DNA from: Eledone cirrhosa
Lineage: Eukaryota
Assembly (NCBI GenBank): GCA_964016885.1
Contig: OZ024743.1
Span: forward strand, 126,728,001 to 126,792,000
Direction of reading: 5' to 3'
Length of the DNA: 64,000 nt
Shown: in pieces, positions 12,767-25,593 of the stretch
Numbering within the stretch: position 1 is the stretch's first letter
Layout of the letters: each line of letters starts with the position of its first letter
The notes under the pieces: generated by a model
What the model was told of the DNA's origin: nothing
The model's input: only the letters and a program-made list of their open reading frames with translations
Database searches by the model: none
Position numbers and translations under genes: made by a program

Positions 12767-13169
12767 TTCATACAAGTCCGATCATCATTTAAGGTACTGA
12801 ACTATACAAAATACTGGTGTCTACCAAAGCTGCTGCTTTAAATATTCTCTGAATTCAGCCAAGCTTTCTCTTATCATTGCTCTCTGGCGTGAGGGTCCAT
12901 GGCACACAAGTTGAACTGATGTAGTAGAAGTTGATACTTTTTAACCTCTGTCCTTTCCCTCTTTTAATTGAATTATATATAAAAAAGGAATAACATTAGA
13001 ATTTGCACAAACGGAAGACGACAGACTTTAAAACACAGCATAGCTTAGTAAGGCCGTTTGCTTGCAAACGGTTCGAATATTATTATTATTATTCGATATA
13101 ACCCATACTTACATTTAAAAAAGAAATGTTATGATTGAAAAGATAAAACACATCCATAAGTGACTCAGT

Positions 13170-13241
13170 TGCGTCTGCCAGGAGCCGAATCCGGACCTAC
13201 TGCTTGGAAAGCAACCATGCTTACCGTTACACCACAGACGT
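13170..13241 (-). pseudogene. Degenerate tRNA-Gly (also 19630-19701, 26159-26230, 32709-32780, 39256-39327, 45806-45877)
   Basis: Reverse complement aligns over 72 nt with many stem mismatches. Confidence 0.8.
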
Positions 13242-14009
13242 CTTTCCGATGCGGTGAATCATTTAAAGATTCTAAGCTATATATAATTTTCGTGTCTATC
13301 AAAGCTACTGTTTTAATTTTTTTGCTATATTCATCCATTTTTCTCCTTCATTGTGTGTTGGCAATGTTGGAGGAGGCATTCTGTGCTCAACTGAAGGTAG
13401 CCGTATTGAAATAAGACCTGATACTAAACTACCTTTCCTCAAGACCCGACAAGCGTGTGCGTTCTACATTTTGCGAGTATGTAGAGAATGTATTCGTGAA
13501 ATCAAAAGAGTCCTTATGCAATGTGAAGTATCATTAAAGGATTCTGAAAACCTGCATCTCTCGGAGACAAATCACCAAATTTAAGTCTTCTGCCTGACTT
13601 GGCACTCTACATTGAATTACGTATAGAAGTACCATGAATATCTCCCTCTGACTATGTTGAACAAACAGAGAGAAAGTAGAGAAATCTCTCGATGAACCCG
13701 TTTTTAGATTATCCTTCTTGTGTATGGTTCTGAAATAAACATGAAAAGCATCAATGGCGGGATTTGATTTCGGAACGTAAACTACACTGTTTTGATATGG
13801 AGTCCACAGGGTGTAGCAGAGCTATGTTTTCCAACTGAGGGTGTAGATATCTTCTTTTCTTAATATATATTTCTCAACTACATATACTTGACTTTTAGGA
13901 AGATATAGAGAGTCTAAAATGTTAGACATATGACATACAGTAGAGATCGTGATGAAAATATAATAAGAAAAATCTGCATGAACAGTGTCTAAACAAACAA
14001 ATTTAAAGA

Positions 14010-14081
14010 TGTGTCGGCCGGGAGTCGAAACCGGATCGACTGCTTGGAAGGCAGCCATTCTAACCGTTACACCACCGAAGC
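14010..14081 (-). pseudogene. Degenerate tRNA-Gly(TCC), unit-1 version
   Basis: Reverse complement aligns; acceptor, D and T stem mismatches. Confidence 0.78.
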
Positions 14082-14533
14082 CTCATACGGGCTCTGCCCT
14101 CAGTTAAAGATACGAAACCATAGAAAATATTTGTGTCTACCAAACTGCGGCTTTAAGTTTTCTCTGAACTCAGTCATCTTTTCTATACCTTCTCTTCTTT
14201 TTTATGATATATAAATATGTTAAATATTGGAAAGAACAAAGTATTTTATGTGATCTTTGTTGACTTCACGAAATCATTCGATACAGAAATCAGATCATGC
14301 TATGTGACTGGTACTCAGGTGACACAGAGTGAACTCCAGTTCTGAACACTTACATGCGGTAATGGGAGACAAACTGGACTGCATACAAAATTACAACAAA
14401 AATTCTCTCTTTGTGTGTTGGCAATGTTCGAGGAGGCATTCTGTGCTCAACAGAAGGTAGCCGTATTGAAATAAGACCTGATATTAAACAACCTTTTCTC
14501 GTTAACTTGTTCTTCTACAGATCACCAATTCTA

Positions 14534-14588
14534 GAACCCGGATCGACTGCTTGGAAGGCAACCATGCTAACCTTTACACCACCGACAC
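14534..14588 (-). pseudogene. 3'-truncated tRNA-Gly (also 20982-21036, 27509-27563, 34061-34115, 40608-40662, 47156-47210)
   Basis: Homology stops in the T loop. Confidence 0.8.
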
Positions 14589-16109
14589 CCCATACAAACT
14601 CTAAACTGGGCTGCATACAAAATGCTTACGAGCATTAATATATGTTTATTCAGTACATATTTGCTAATGTCTATGTATATGTTCGAGTTTGTGTATGTGT
14701 GTAAGTGTGTGTTTATAGTAGAAATAACCACTCCTGAAAAGCAAGCGTACTTCTTGTACATATTAGGCGTGTGTAGAGAATGCTTTCGTGAAATCCAAAG
14801 AGTCCATATGCAATGTGCTGAATCATTTATGGATACTGAAACTCTTCATCACTCGGAGACAAAACACTGAATTTGTGGTGTCATTTGCACGTCCTCTCAT
14901 TCTCCATTCAAATCCAGGAAGAAGTACTGTGCTTTTCTTTCTCTGTTGAGCAACCAGAGAGCAAGTAGAGAAATCTCTTGATAAAAAACCTGTATTTATA
15001 TTTTCCTTCTTGTGTTATGGGTTCTCAAATAAATATGAAAAGCATCACTGGTGGGATATCGGAACGTAAAGTACACAAGTGAAGTCCACAACATGTCCAC
15101 AAGATTTCTCCACGTACTCTCTGTTTGCTCAACAGAGTCAGGAGGGGACTTAATGGTATTTCTACACGGAATTCAATGCTGAGTGAAAGGGCAAAGGCAC
15201 CAAGAATTTGATGTTTTGGTCTGAGAGATGCAGAGGTTCAGTATCCTTAAATAAAACAACACATTGCATAAGGATCCTTTTGATTTCACTAAGTGGTTAT
15301 TATCTACTATAAACACACATACCCACAAACACAAACTCGAACACACACATAGACATTAACACATGTAATGAATAACCATATATTAATGCTCGTGTACAAT
15401 AGTGTAACTTATCTATTTATCATAGAAGGAAAAGAAAGAGAAAAAATGACTGAATTCGGCAAAAAACTTAGACGTTGTAGGTTTGGTTGACAATCACTTT
15501 CTATTACACCCGGCCGACTTATGTCCTCTTTATTAAGGTACTGTTAAAATACTTTTTATTTTAATTTCTCTTTCTTGATTAAATTTGTCTTTTTAATGAT
15601 GCCATTTGTTTTTCTTTGTAATTCAAATGAAATAGGGAAAGGGCAAATGTAAAAAAAGTATCAAATTCTACATCAGCTGCGAATATATCTAAGACACATC
15701 TCATGGACATAATGACAAATGGCGTAATTTACATTCCGAGTCCAAATCCCACCAGTTGTGTCGCTGAAATATTTTTGAGACACCATATACAAGATGGATG
15801 ACGTGAAGACGAGGATTATCGAGGAATTTCTCTGTTTATCTCATTGTGGCTACCTCCAGTTATGCAGAGTGCTTCCTCCAGCATTGCAAACACACAAAGG
15901 GAGAATTTCGTTTTTCTGGGTATCAAAACCCTATGAGTACCAGCCATATGATACGACCTGGTATCTGTATCGAATGATTTGTTGAAGTCAACAAAGACTA
16001 CATACAATACTTTGTTATTTCTAAAGAGAAAACTTAAAGCAGCAGCTTTGCGAGACACAAACATTTTGTATAGTTCAATATCTTTAAATGATGGTAAAGT
16101 TTGTATGAG

Positions 16110-16181
16110 GCGTCGGTGGTGTAACGGTTAGCATGGTTGCCTTCCAAGCAGTCGATCCGGGTTCGACTCCCGGTCGACGCA
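16110..16181 (+). tRNA. tRNA-Gly(TCC), near intact (G7:U66)
   Basis: One substitution from consensus; TTTT shortly downstream. Confidence 0.9.
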
Positions 16182-16496
16182 TCTTTAATTTTATTTGTTT
16201 AGACACTGTTCATGCAGATTTTTCTTATTATATTTTCATAACGATTTCTACTGCATGTTACATGTCTAACGTTTTAGACTATCTATATCTGCCTAAAAGG
16301 CATAAATTGTTGAGAAAAAGTTATTAAGAAAAGAATAATTCTATACCCTCATTTAGACAGCATATCTCTATTACACCTGGCGGATTGGTGTAAACGGAGT
16401 ACTTTACCCTTCTGAAATCAAATCCAGAAGCGTCTTTGGTAGACACAAAAAACTTCCTTTGTTTAGAATCTTTAAATGGTTTTGCCCGTTGAAAAG

Positions 16497-16568
16497 ACGT
16501 CGGTGGTGTAACAGTTAGCATGACTTGCTTCCAAGCAATCGATCCGAGTTCGACTACCGACCGAGTCA
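16497..16568 (+). pseudogene. Degenerate tRNA-Gly (also 23049-23120, 29575-29646, 36122-36193, 42673-42744, 49213-49284)
   Basis: ACGTCGGTGGTGTAACAGTTAGCATGACTTGCTTCCAAGC...; broken stems. Confidence 0.8.
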
Positions 16569-16911
16569 TCTTCGACAGGAGTTTAACTTGTGTGCCATTA
16601 ACTCTCATGCCAGACAGCGATGATAAATGCAAACGTTTCTGGGTATCAAAACCCTCTGAGTACCAAGGATATGTCACAACCCACCAGTGATGTTGATATT
16701 TATTTGAGACACCATGTGCAAGATGGATGACATGAAGTCTGGCATTAGCGATGAAATACTCTATTTGCTCAAAAGTGTCAGTAAGAAAATCACAGCAGTT
16801 CTACCAGAAACTCAAAATGGATAGAGGGACGTGGTACGGGCACCATGAAACAACGCTAGAACTGTTTGTTCGGAAAAACAAGAAATGGAAAGAAACCGCT
16901 TATTAATAATT

Positions 16912-17098
16912 GTTTCTACCTTTGGCAAAAGGCCAGCATTTATCCCAGTGTATTACTGGTACTTCATTTTATCGACCCCGTAAGGATGAAAGGCAAAGTT
17001 AACCTCGGCGGGATTTAAACTCAGATAATAAATGGCCCTAACTCTTTGCTGCAAAGTATGGCATCCGACCCTCTATCGATACGGGCAATCCACCGCCC
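16912..17098 (-). mobile_element. tRNA-derived SINE inside the 6.5-kb unit
   Basis: Same family as 9611; TSD TTATTAATAATT (16900-16911, 17099-17110). Confidence 0.92.
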
Positions 17099-18069
17099 TT
17101 ATTAATAATTATCTCCTCTTCAAATATTGGCAACAACCAAGAGGGAATTCTTTTCTTATTTGTGCATGCGTCCCAGCTTCACACCCAGTACAGTATGTAA
17201 CTGTTCAGAACTGGAGTTGAAATTGTGTGATATGAGCTCTTCTTCCAGAGAGCAATGATAAGAGAGTACCAGAGAGCAATGATAAGAGAGTACCAGCCAC
17301 ATAGCATGGTTTGATTTCTGTATAGAATGATTTCGTAAAGTCAACAAAGATCACATAAAATACTTTGGTCTTTCCAATATTTAACATATTTATATATCAT
17401 ACAGAGAAAAGAAGGTATAGAAAACATGACTGAGTTGAGAGAAAACTTAAAGCAGCAGCTTTGGTAGACACAAATATTTTGTATAGTTTAGTATCTTTAA
17501 ATGATAGCGTAAATAAAAAAAGAAACTACGTTTTAATAATGAGATTCTGGACGTCTGATATTTTCGACGAGATCTGTAAAAGAACATGTTACCCGGTCAG
17601 GAGGAAAGGTAGTTAAGTATCAGGTCTTATTTCAATGCAGCTACCTTCAGTTGAGCACAGAATGCCTCCTCGAACATTGCCAACACTCAAAGAGTGAACT
17701 TTTGTTGTAAATTTGTCTCCCATTACCACATGTAAGTGTTCAGAACTGGATATAATCCTGTGTCACCTGAGCCGTCATGGCAGAGAGCAATGATAAGAGT
17801 AAACTTTTCTGGGTATCAAACCCTCTAAGTACCAGCCACATAGCATGACCCGATTTCTGCATGGAATCATTTCGTGATGTCAACAAAGATCACATAAAAT
17901 ACTTTGTTCTTTCCAATATTTAACATATTTATATGTTATAATCCAACATTTATATTCTAATATTTAACATGTTTAGATACAGAGAAGAGAAGGTATAGAA
18001 AACATGACATGTAGGCAGAAACAATTTATATAGTTCAGTATCTTTAAATGATGGCGGTGTTAGCATGAG

Positions 18070-18140
18070 GCTTCGGTGGTGTAACGGTTAGCATGTTGCC
18101 GTCCAAGCAGTCGATCCGCGTTTGACTCTCGGCCGACGCA
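18070..18140 (+). pseudogene. tRNA-Gly variant with G33 (loop CG-TCC-AA) and a 1-nt deletion
   Basis: Invariant U33 lost; acceptor and T stem mismatches. Confidence 0.78.
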
Positions 18141-18992
18141 TGAGTTTCGTTTTTGATGGAGGTGCTTTGTGTTTTTAATCATAACATTTCTTTGATTTTT
18201 ATATATAATTCAAATAAGAGAAGGAAAGGACAGGGGTTAAAAACGTCAAATTCTACTACATCAGTTGAGAAATATATCTCAGACACAATCGTGAACCCAA
18301 TGACAAACGGCGTACTTTACATTCCGAGATCAAATACCACCAGTTATGTCGTTGATATTTGTTTGAGACACCATATGCAAGATGGATAACGTGAAGACGA
18401 GGATAATCGAGGAATTTCTCTGGTTACTCAAAAGTCCAAGTGAAGAAAATGACAACATTTCTACTGGAAACCGAAAGTGGATTGAGGGGACATAGTAAGA
18501 GAATCTTGAAACAACTCTAGAATTGTGGGTTGTTAAGAAAAAGAAACGGCGTATTAATAATGACAGCCTTGACCTCTGTCATTTACGGGGTGATGAGTAA
18601 AACAAAATGTTAACAACTCAGGAAAAAAGGTTGTTTACTATCAGGTCTTATCTGAATGTGGCTACCTGGGGTTGAGAGTAGAATGCTTCCTCGATCATTG
18701 GCAATACACAAAGAGAGAAATTCGTCTTTTATGTTTGCATGTAGCCCAGCTTGACTCCCACTACCACATGTAAGTGTTCAGAACTGGAGTAACTTGTGTC
18801 ACCTAGCTCTCATGCCAGAGAGCAATGATAACAGTGGTCTTTTCTGGCTGTCAAAACCCTCCGAGTACCAGCCACATCGTAGTATATAAAACATGACGAG
18901 TTCAGAGACAACTTAAAGCAGACAAACATTTTGGGAGAGACAAACATTTTGTATTGTTCAGTATCTTTAAATGATGGCGAAACTTTCATGAG

Positions 18993-19064
18993 GCGTCGGT
19001 GGTGTAACGGTTACCATGGTTGCTTTCCAAGCAATCGATCCGGGTTCGACTCCCGGCCGACGCA
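18993..19064 (+). tRNA. tRNA-Gly(TCC) isodecoder (C22, T32, A42)
   Basis: Cloverleaf intact, anticodon stem GTTGC/GCAAT, A and B boxes intact, T runs downstream. Confidence 0.82.
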
Positions 19065-20456
19065 ACATTACTTTTGTTTTTTTATGTAGACATTGTTCAT
19101 TCAGATAGTTCAGATTTTATTTTCATAACTTTTCACTTTCATGTTACATGCCTAACGTTTTAGACTATCTATCCCTGCCTAAAAATCAAGTATAAGTAAC
19201 CATGCTAACCGTTACACCACCGACGCTTCATACAAGTCCGATCATCATTTAAGGTACTGAACTATACAAAATACTGGTGTCTACCAAAGCTGCTGCTTTA
19301 AATATTCTCTGAATTCAGCCAAGCTTTCTCTTATCATTGCTCTCTGGCGTGAGGGCCCATGGCACACAAGTTGAACTGATGTAGTAGAAGTTGATACTTT
19401 TTAATCTCTGTCCTTTCCTTCTTTTAATTGAATTATATATAAAAAAGGAATAACATTAGAATTTGAACAAACGGAAGACGACAGACTTTAAAACACAGCA
19501 TAGCTTAGCAAGGCCGTTTGCTTGCAAGCGGATCGAATATTATTATTATTATTCGATATAACCCATACTTACATTTAAAAAAGAAATGTTATGATTGAAA
19601 AGATAAAACACATCCATAAGTGCCTCAGTTGCGTCTGCCAGGAGCCGAATCCGGACCTACTGCTTGGAAAGCAACCATGCTTACCGTTACACCACAGACG
19701 TCTTTCCGATGCGGTGAATCATTTAAAGATTCTAAGCTATATATAATTTTTGTGTCTATCAAAGCTACTGTTTTAATTTCTTTGCTATATTCATCCATTT
19801 TTCTCCTTCATTGTGTGTTGGCAATGTTCGAGGAGGCATTCTGTGCTCAACTGAAGGTAGCCGTATTGAAATAAGACCTGATACTAAACTACCTTTCCTC
19901 AAGACCAGACAAGCGTGTGCGTTCTACATTTTGCGAGTATGTAGAGAATGTATTCGTGAAATCAAAAGAGTCCTTATGCAATGTGAAGTATCATTTAAGG
20001 ATTCTGAAAACCTGCATCTCTCGGAGACAAATCACCAAATTTAAGTCTTCTGCCTGACTTGGCACTCTACATTGAATTACGTATAGAAGTACCATGAATA
20101 TCTCCCTCTGACTATGTTGAACAAACAGAGAGAAAGTAGAGAAATCTCTCGATAAACCCGTTTTTAGATTATCCTTCTTGCGTAAATAAACATGAAAAAC
20201 ATCAATGGCGAGATTTGATTTCGGAACGTAAACTACACTGTTTTGATATGGAGTCCACAGGGTGTAGCAGAGATATGTTTTCCAACTGATGGTGTAGAGA
20301 TCTTCTTTTCTTAATATATATTTCTCAACTACATATACTTGACATTTAGGAAGATATAGAGAATCTAAAATGTTAGACATGTGACATACAGTAGAGATCG
20401 TGACGAAAATATAATAAGAAAAATCTGCATGAACAGTGTCTAAACAAACAAAATTA

Positions 20457-20528
20457 AATGTCGGTTGGGAGTCGAACCCGGATCGACTGTTTGTAAGGCA
20501 TCCATTCTAACCGTTACACCAGCGAAGC
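20457..20528 (-). pseudogene. Degenerate tRNA-Gly with TAC anticodon (also 26984-27055, 33536-33607, 40083-40154, 46631-46702)
   Basis: Minus strand GATGC-CTTACAA-ACAGT; stems mismatched. Confidence 0.78.
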
Positions 20529-21995
20529 CTCATACAGACTCTATCCTCAGTTACAAATACGAAACCATAGAAAATATTTGTGTCTACCAAAGCTGCTGCT
20601 TTCAGTTTTCTCTGAACTCACTCATGTTTTCTATACCTTCTCTTCTTTTTTATGATATATAAATATGTTAAATATTGGAAAGAACAAAGTATTTTATGTG
20701 ATCTTTGTTGACTTCACGAAATCATTCATTCCAGAAATCAGATCATGCTATGTGGCTGGTACTCAGGTGACACAGAGTGAACTCCAGTTCTGAACACTTA
20801 CATGCGGTAATGGAAGACAAACTGGGCTGCATACAAAATTACAACAAACATTCTCTCTTTGTGTGTTGGCAATGTTCGAGGAGGCATTCTGTTCTCAACA
20901 GAAGGTAGCCGTATTGAAATAAGACCTGATATCAAACAACCTTTTCTCGTTAACTTGTTCTTCTACAGATCCACAATTCTAGAACCCGGATCGACTGCTT
21001 GGAAGGCAACCATGCTAACCTTTATACCACAGACACCCCATACAAACTCTAAACTGGGCTGCATACAAAATGCTTACGAGCATTAATATATGTTTATTCA
21101 GTACATATTTGTTAATGTCTATGTATATGTTCGAGTTTGTGTATGTGTGTAAGTGTGTGTTTATAGTAGAAATAACCACTCCTGAAAAGCAAGCGTACTC
21201 CTTGTACATATTAGGCGTGTGTAGAGAATGCTTTCGTGAAATCCAAAAAGTCCATATGCAATGTGCTGAATCATTTATGGATACTGAAACTCTTCATCAC
21301 TCGGAGACAAAACACTGAATTTGTGGTGTCATTTGCACGTCTTCTCATTCTCCATTCAAATCCAGGAAGAAGTACTGTGCCTTTCTTTCTCTGCCTCTGT
21401 TGAGAAAACAGAGAGCAAGTAGAGAAATCTCTTGATTAAAAACCCGTATTTATATTATCCTTCTTGTGTTATGGGTTCTCAAATAAATATGAAAAGCATC
21501 ACTGGTGGGATATCGGAACGTAAAATACACAAGTGAAGTCCACAACATGTCCACAAGATTTCTCCACGTACTCTCTGTTTGCTCAACAGAGTCAGGAGGG
21601 GAAATTAATGGTATTTCTACACGGAATTCAATGCTGAGTGAAAGGGCAAAAGGCACCAAGAATTTGATGTTTTGGTCTGAGAGATGCAGAGGTTCAGTAT
21701 CCTTAAATAAAACAACACATTGCATAAGGATCCTTTTAATTTCACTAAGTGATTATTTCCACTATAAACACACACATACCGACAAACACAAACTCGAACA
21801 CATACATACGCATTAACACATGTAATGAATAACCATATATTAATGCTCGTGTACAATAGTGTAACTTATCTATTTATCATAGAGGGAAAAGAAAGAGAAA
21901 AAATGACTGAATTCGGCAAAAAAACTTAGACGTTGTAGGTTTGGTTGACAAAGACTTTCTATTAGAATATTTAAAAGATCCTGTTCGTTAAAAGG

Positions 21996-22067
21996 ATGTC
22001 GGTAGTGTAACGGTTAGCATGGTTTCTTTCATAGCAATTGTTCGTGGTGCGACACCCGGTCGACTTA
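21996..22067 (+). pseudogene. Degenerate tRNA-Gly with TCA anticodon (also 28523-28594, 35069-35140, 41620-41691, 48161-48232)
   Basis: GTTTC-TTTCATA-GCAAT; stem mismatches. Confidence 0.78.
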
Positions 22068-22656
22068 TGTCCTCTTTATTAAGGTACTGTTAAAATACTT
22101 TTTTATTTTCATTTCTCTTTCTTGATTAAATTTGTCTTTTTAATGATACCATTTGTTTTTCTTTATAATTCAAATGAAATAGGGAAAGGGCAGATGTAAA
22201 AAAAGTATCAAATTCTACATCAGCTGCGAATATATCTAAGACACATCTCATGGACATAAGGACAAATGGCGTAATTTATATTCCGAGATCAAATCCCACC
22301 AGTTGTGTCGCTGAAATTTTTTTGAGACACCATATGCAAGATGGATGACGTGAAGACGAGGATTATCGAGGAATTTCCCCATTTATCTCATTGTGGCTAC
22401 CTCCAGTTATGCAGAGTACTCCCTCTAGCATTGCAAACTCACAAAGGGAGAATTTCGTTTTTCTGAGTATCAAAACCCTATGAGTACCAGCCATATGATA
22501 CGACCTGGTATCTGTATCGAATGATTTGTTGAAGTCAACAAAGACTACATACAATGCTTTGTTATTTCTCAAGAGAAAACTTAAAGCAGCAGCTTTGCTA
22601 GACACAAACATTTTGTATAGTTCAATATCTTTAAATGATGGTAAAGTTTGTATGAG

Positions 22657-22728
22657 GCGTCGGTGGTGTAACGGTTAGCATGGTTGCCTTCCAAGCAGTC
22701 GATCCGGGTTCGACTCCCGGCCGACGCA
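22657..22728 (+). tRNA. tRNA-Gly(TCC), intact
   Basis: Identical to consensus. Confidence 0.96.
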
Positions 22729-23463
22729 TCTTCAATTTTGTTTGTTTACACACTGTTCATGCAGATTTTTCTTATTATATATTTTCATAACGATTTCTAC
22801 TGCATGTTACATGTCATCGTTTGAGACTATCTATATCTACCTAAAAGGCAAGTATAAATGGTTGAGAAAAAGTTATTAAGAAAAGAATAATTCTATACCC
22901 TCATTTAGACAGCATATCTCTATTACACCTGGCGGATTGGTGTAAACGGTGTACTTTACCCTTCTGAAATCAAATCCAGAAGCATCTTTGGTAGACACAA
23001 AAAACTTCCTTTGGTTAGAATCTTTAAATGGTTTTACTCGTTGAAAAGACGTCGGTGGTGTAACAGTTAGCATGACTTGCTTCCAAACAATCGATCCGAG
23101 TTCGACTACCGACCGAATCATCTTCGACAGGAGTTTAACTTGTGTGCCATTAACTCTCATGCCAGACAGCGATGATAAATACAAACGTTTCTGGGTATCA
23201 AAACCCTCTGAGTACCAAGGATATGTCACAACCCACCAGTGATGTTGATATTTATTTGAGACACCATGTGCAAGATGGATGACATGAAGTCTGGCATTAG
23301 CGATGAAATACTCTATTTGCTCAAAAGTGTCAGTAAGAAAATCACAGCAGTTCTACCAGAAACTCAAAATGGATAGAGGGACGTGGTACGGGCACCATGA
23401 AACAACGCTAGAACTGTTTGTTCGGAAAAACAAGAAATGGAAAGAAACCGCTTATTAATAATT

Positions 23464-23650
23464 GTTTCTACCTTTGGCAAAAGGCCAGCATTTATCCCAG
23501 TGTATTACTGGTACTTCATTTTATCGACCCCGTAAGGATGAAAGGCAAAGTTAACCTCGGCGGGATTTGAACTCAGATAATAAAGGGCCCTAACTCTTTG
23601 CTGCAAAGTATGGCATCCAACCCTCTATCGATACGGCCAATCCACCGCCC
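23464..23650 (-). mobile_element. SINE copy in unit 2
   Basis: Same site and TSD as 16912. Confidence 0.92.
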
Positions 23651-24597
23651 TTATTAATAATTATCTCCTCTTCAAATATTGGCAACAACCAAGAGGGAAT
23701 TCTTCTCTTATTTTTGCATGCGTCCCAGCTTCACACCCAGTACAGTATGTAACTGTTCAGAACTGCAGTTGAAATTGTGTGCTATGAGCTCTTCTTCCAG
23801 AGAGCAATGATAAGAGAGTACCAGCCACATAGCATGGTCTGATTTCTGTATAGAATGATTTCGTAAAGTCAACAAAGATCACATAAAATACTTTGGTCTT
23901 TCCAATATTTAACATATTTATATATCATACAGAGAAAAGAAGGTATAGAAAACATGACTGAGTTGAGAGAAAACTTAAAGCAGCAGCTTTGGTAGACACA
24001 AATATTTTGTATAGTTTAGTATCTTTAAATGATAGCGTAAATAATAAAAGAAACTATGTTTTAATAATGAGATTCTGGACGTCTGATATTTTCGACGAGA
24101 TCTGTAGAAGAACATGTTACCCGGTCAGGAGGAAAGGTAGTTAAGTATCAGGTCTTATTTCAATGCAGTTACCTTCAGTTGAGCACAGAATGCCTCCTCG
24201 AACATTGCCAACACTCAAAGAGTGAACTTTTGTTGTAAATGTGTCTCCCATTGCCACATGTAAGTGTTCAGAACTGGATATAATCCTGTGTCACCTGAGA
24301 CGTCATGGCAGAGAGCAATGATAAGAGTACACTTTTCTGGGTATCAAACCCTCTAAGTACCAGCCACATAGCATCACCCGATTTCTGCATGGAATCATTT
24401 CGTGATGTCAACAAAGATCACATAAAATACTTTGTTCTTTCCAATATTTAACATATTTATATGTTATAATCCAACATTTATATTCTAATATTTAACATGT
24501 TTAGATACAGAGAAGAGAAGGTATAGAAAACATGACATGTAGGCAGAAACAATTTATATAGTTCAGTATCTTTAAATGATGGCTGCGTTAGCATGAG

Positions 24598-24669
24598 GCT
24601 TCGGTGGTGTAACGGTTAGCATGGTTGCCGTCCAAGCAGTCGATCCGCGTTCGACTCCCGGCCGACGCA
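24598..24669 (+). pseudogene. tRNA-Gly G33 variant (also 31148-31219, 37695-37766, 44246-44317)
   Basis: Loop CG-TCC-AA, T-stem mismatch. Confidence 0.75.
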
Positions 24670-25521
24670 TGAGTTTCGTTTTTGATGGAGGTGCTTTGTG
24701 TTTTTAATCATAACATTTCTTTGATTTTTATATATAATTCAAATAAGAGAAGGAAAGGACAGGGGTTAAAAACGTCAAATTCTACTACATCAGTTGAGAA
24801 ATATATCTCAGACACAATCGTGAACCCAATGACAAACGGCGTACTTTACATTCCGAGATCAAATACCACCAGTTATGTCGTTGATATTTGTTTGAGAAAC
24901 CATTTGCAAGATGGATAACGTGAAGACGAGGATAATCGAAGAATTTCTCTGGTTACTCAAAAGTCCAAGTGAAGAAAATGACAACATTTCTACTGGAAAC
25001 CGAAAGTGGATTGAGGGGACGTAGTAAGAGAATCTTGAAACAACTCTAGAATTGTGGGTTGTTAAGAAAAAGAAACGGCGTATTAATAATGACATCCTTG
25101 ACCTCTGTCATTTACGGGGTGATGAGTAAAACAAAATGTTAACAACTCAGGAAAAAAGGTTGTTTACTATCAGGTCTTATCTGAATGTGGCTACCTGGGG
25201 TTGAGAGTAGAATGCTTCCTCGATCACTGGCAATACACAAAGAGAGAAATTCGTCTTTTATGTTTGCATGTAGCCCAGCTTGACTCCCACTACCACATGT
25301 AAGTGTTCAGAACTGGAGTAACTTGTGTCACCTAGCTCTCATGCCAGAGAGCAATGATAACAGTGGTCTTTTCTGGCTGTCAAAACCCTCCGAGTACCAA
25401 CCACATCGTAGTATATAAAACATGACGAGTTCAGAGAAAACTTAAAGCAGACAAACATTTTGGGAGAGACAAACATTTTGTATTGTTCAGTATCTTTAAA
25501 TGATGGCGAAACTTTCATGAG

Positions 25522-25593
25522 GCGTCGGTGGTGTAACGGTTACCATGGTTGCTTTCCAAGCAATCGATCCGGGTTCGACTCCCGGCCGACGCA
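25522..25593 (+). tRNA. tRNA-Gly(TCC) isodecoder (C22, T32, A42)
   Basis: Identical to 18993-19064. Confidence 0.82.

Noticed and set aside
21996-22067. tRNA-Sec call from the TCA anticodon
   Set aside because: 72-nt Gly body without the long variable arm or extended acceptor stem
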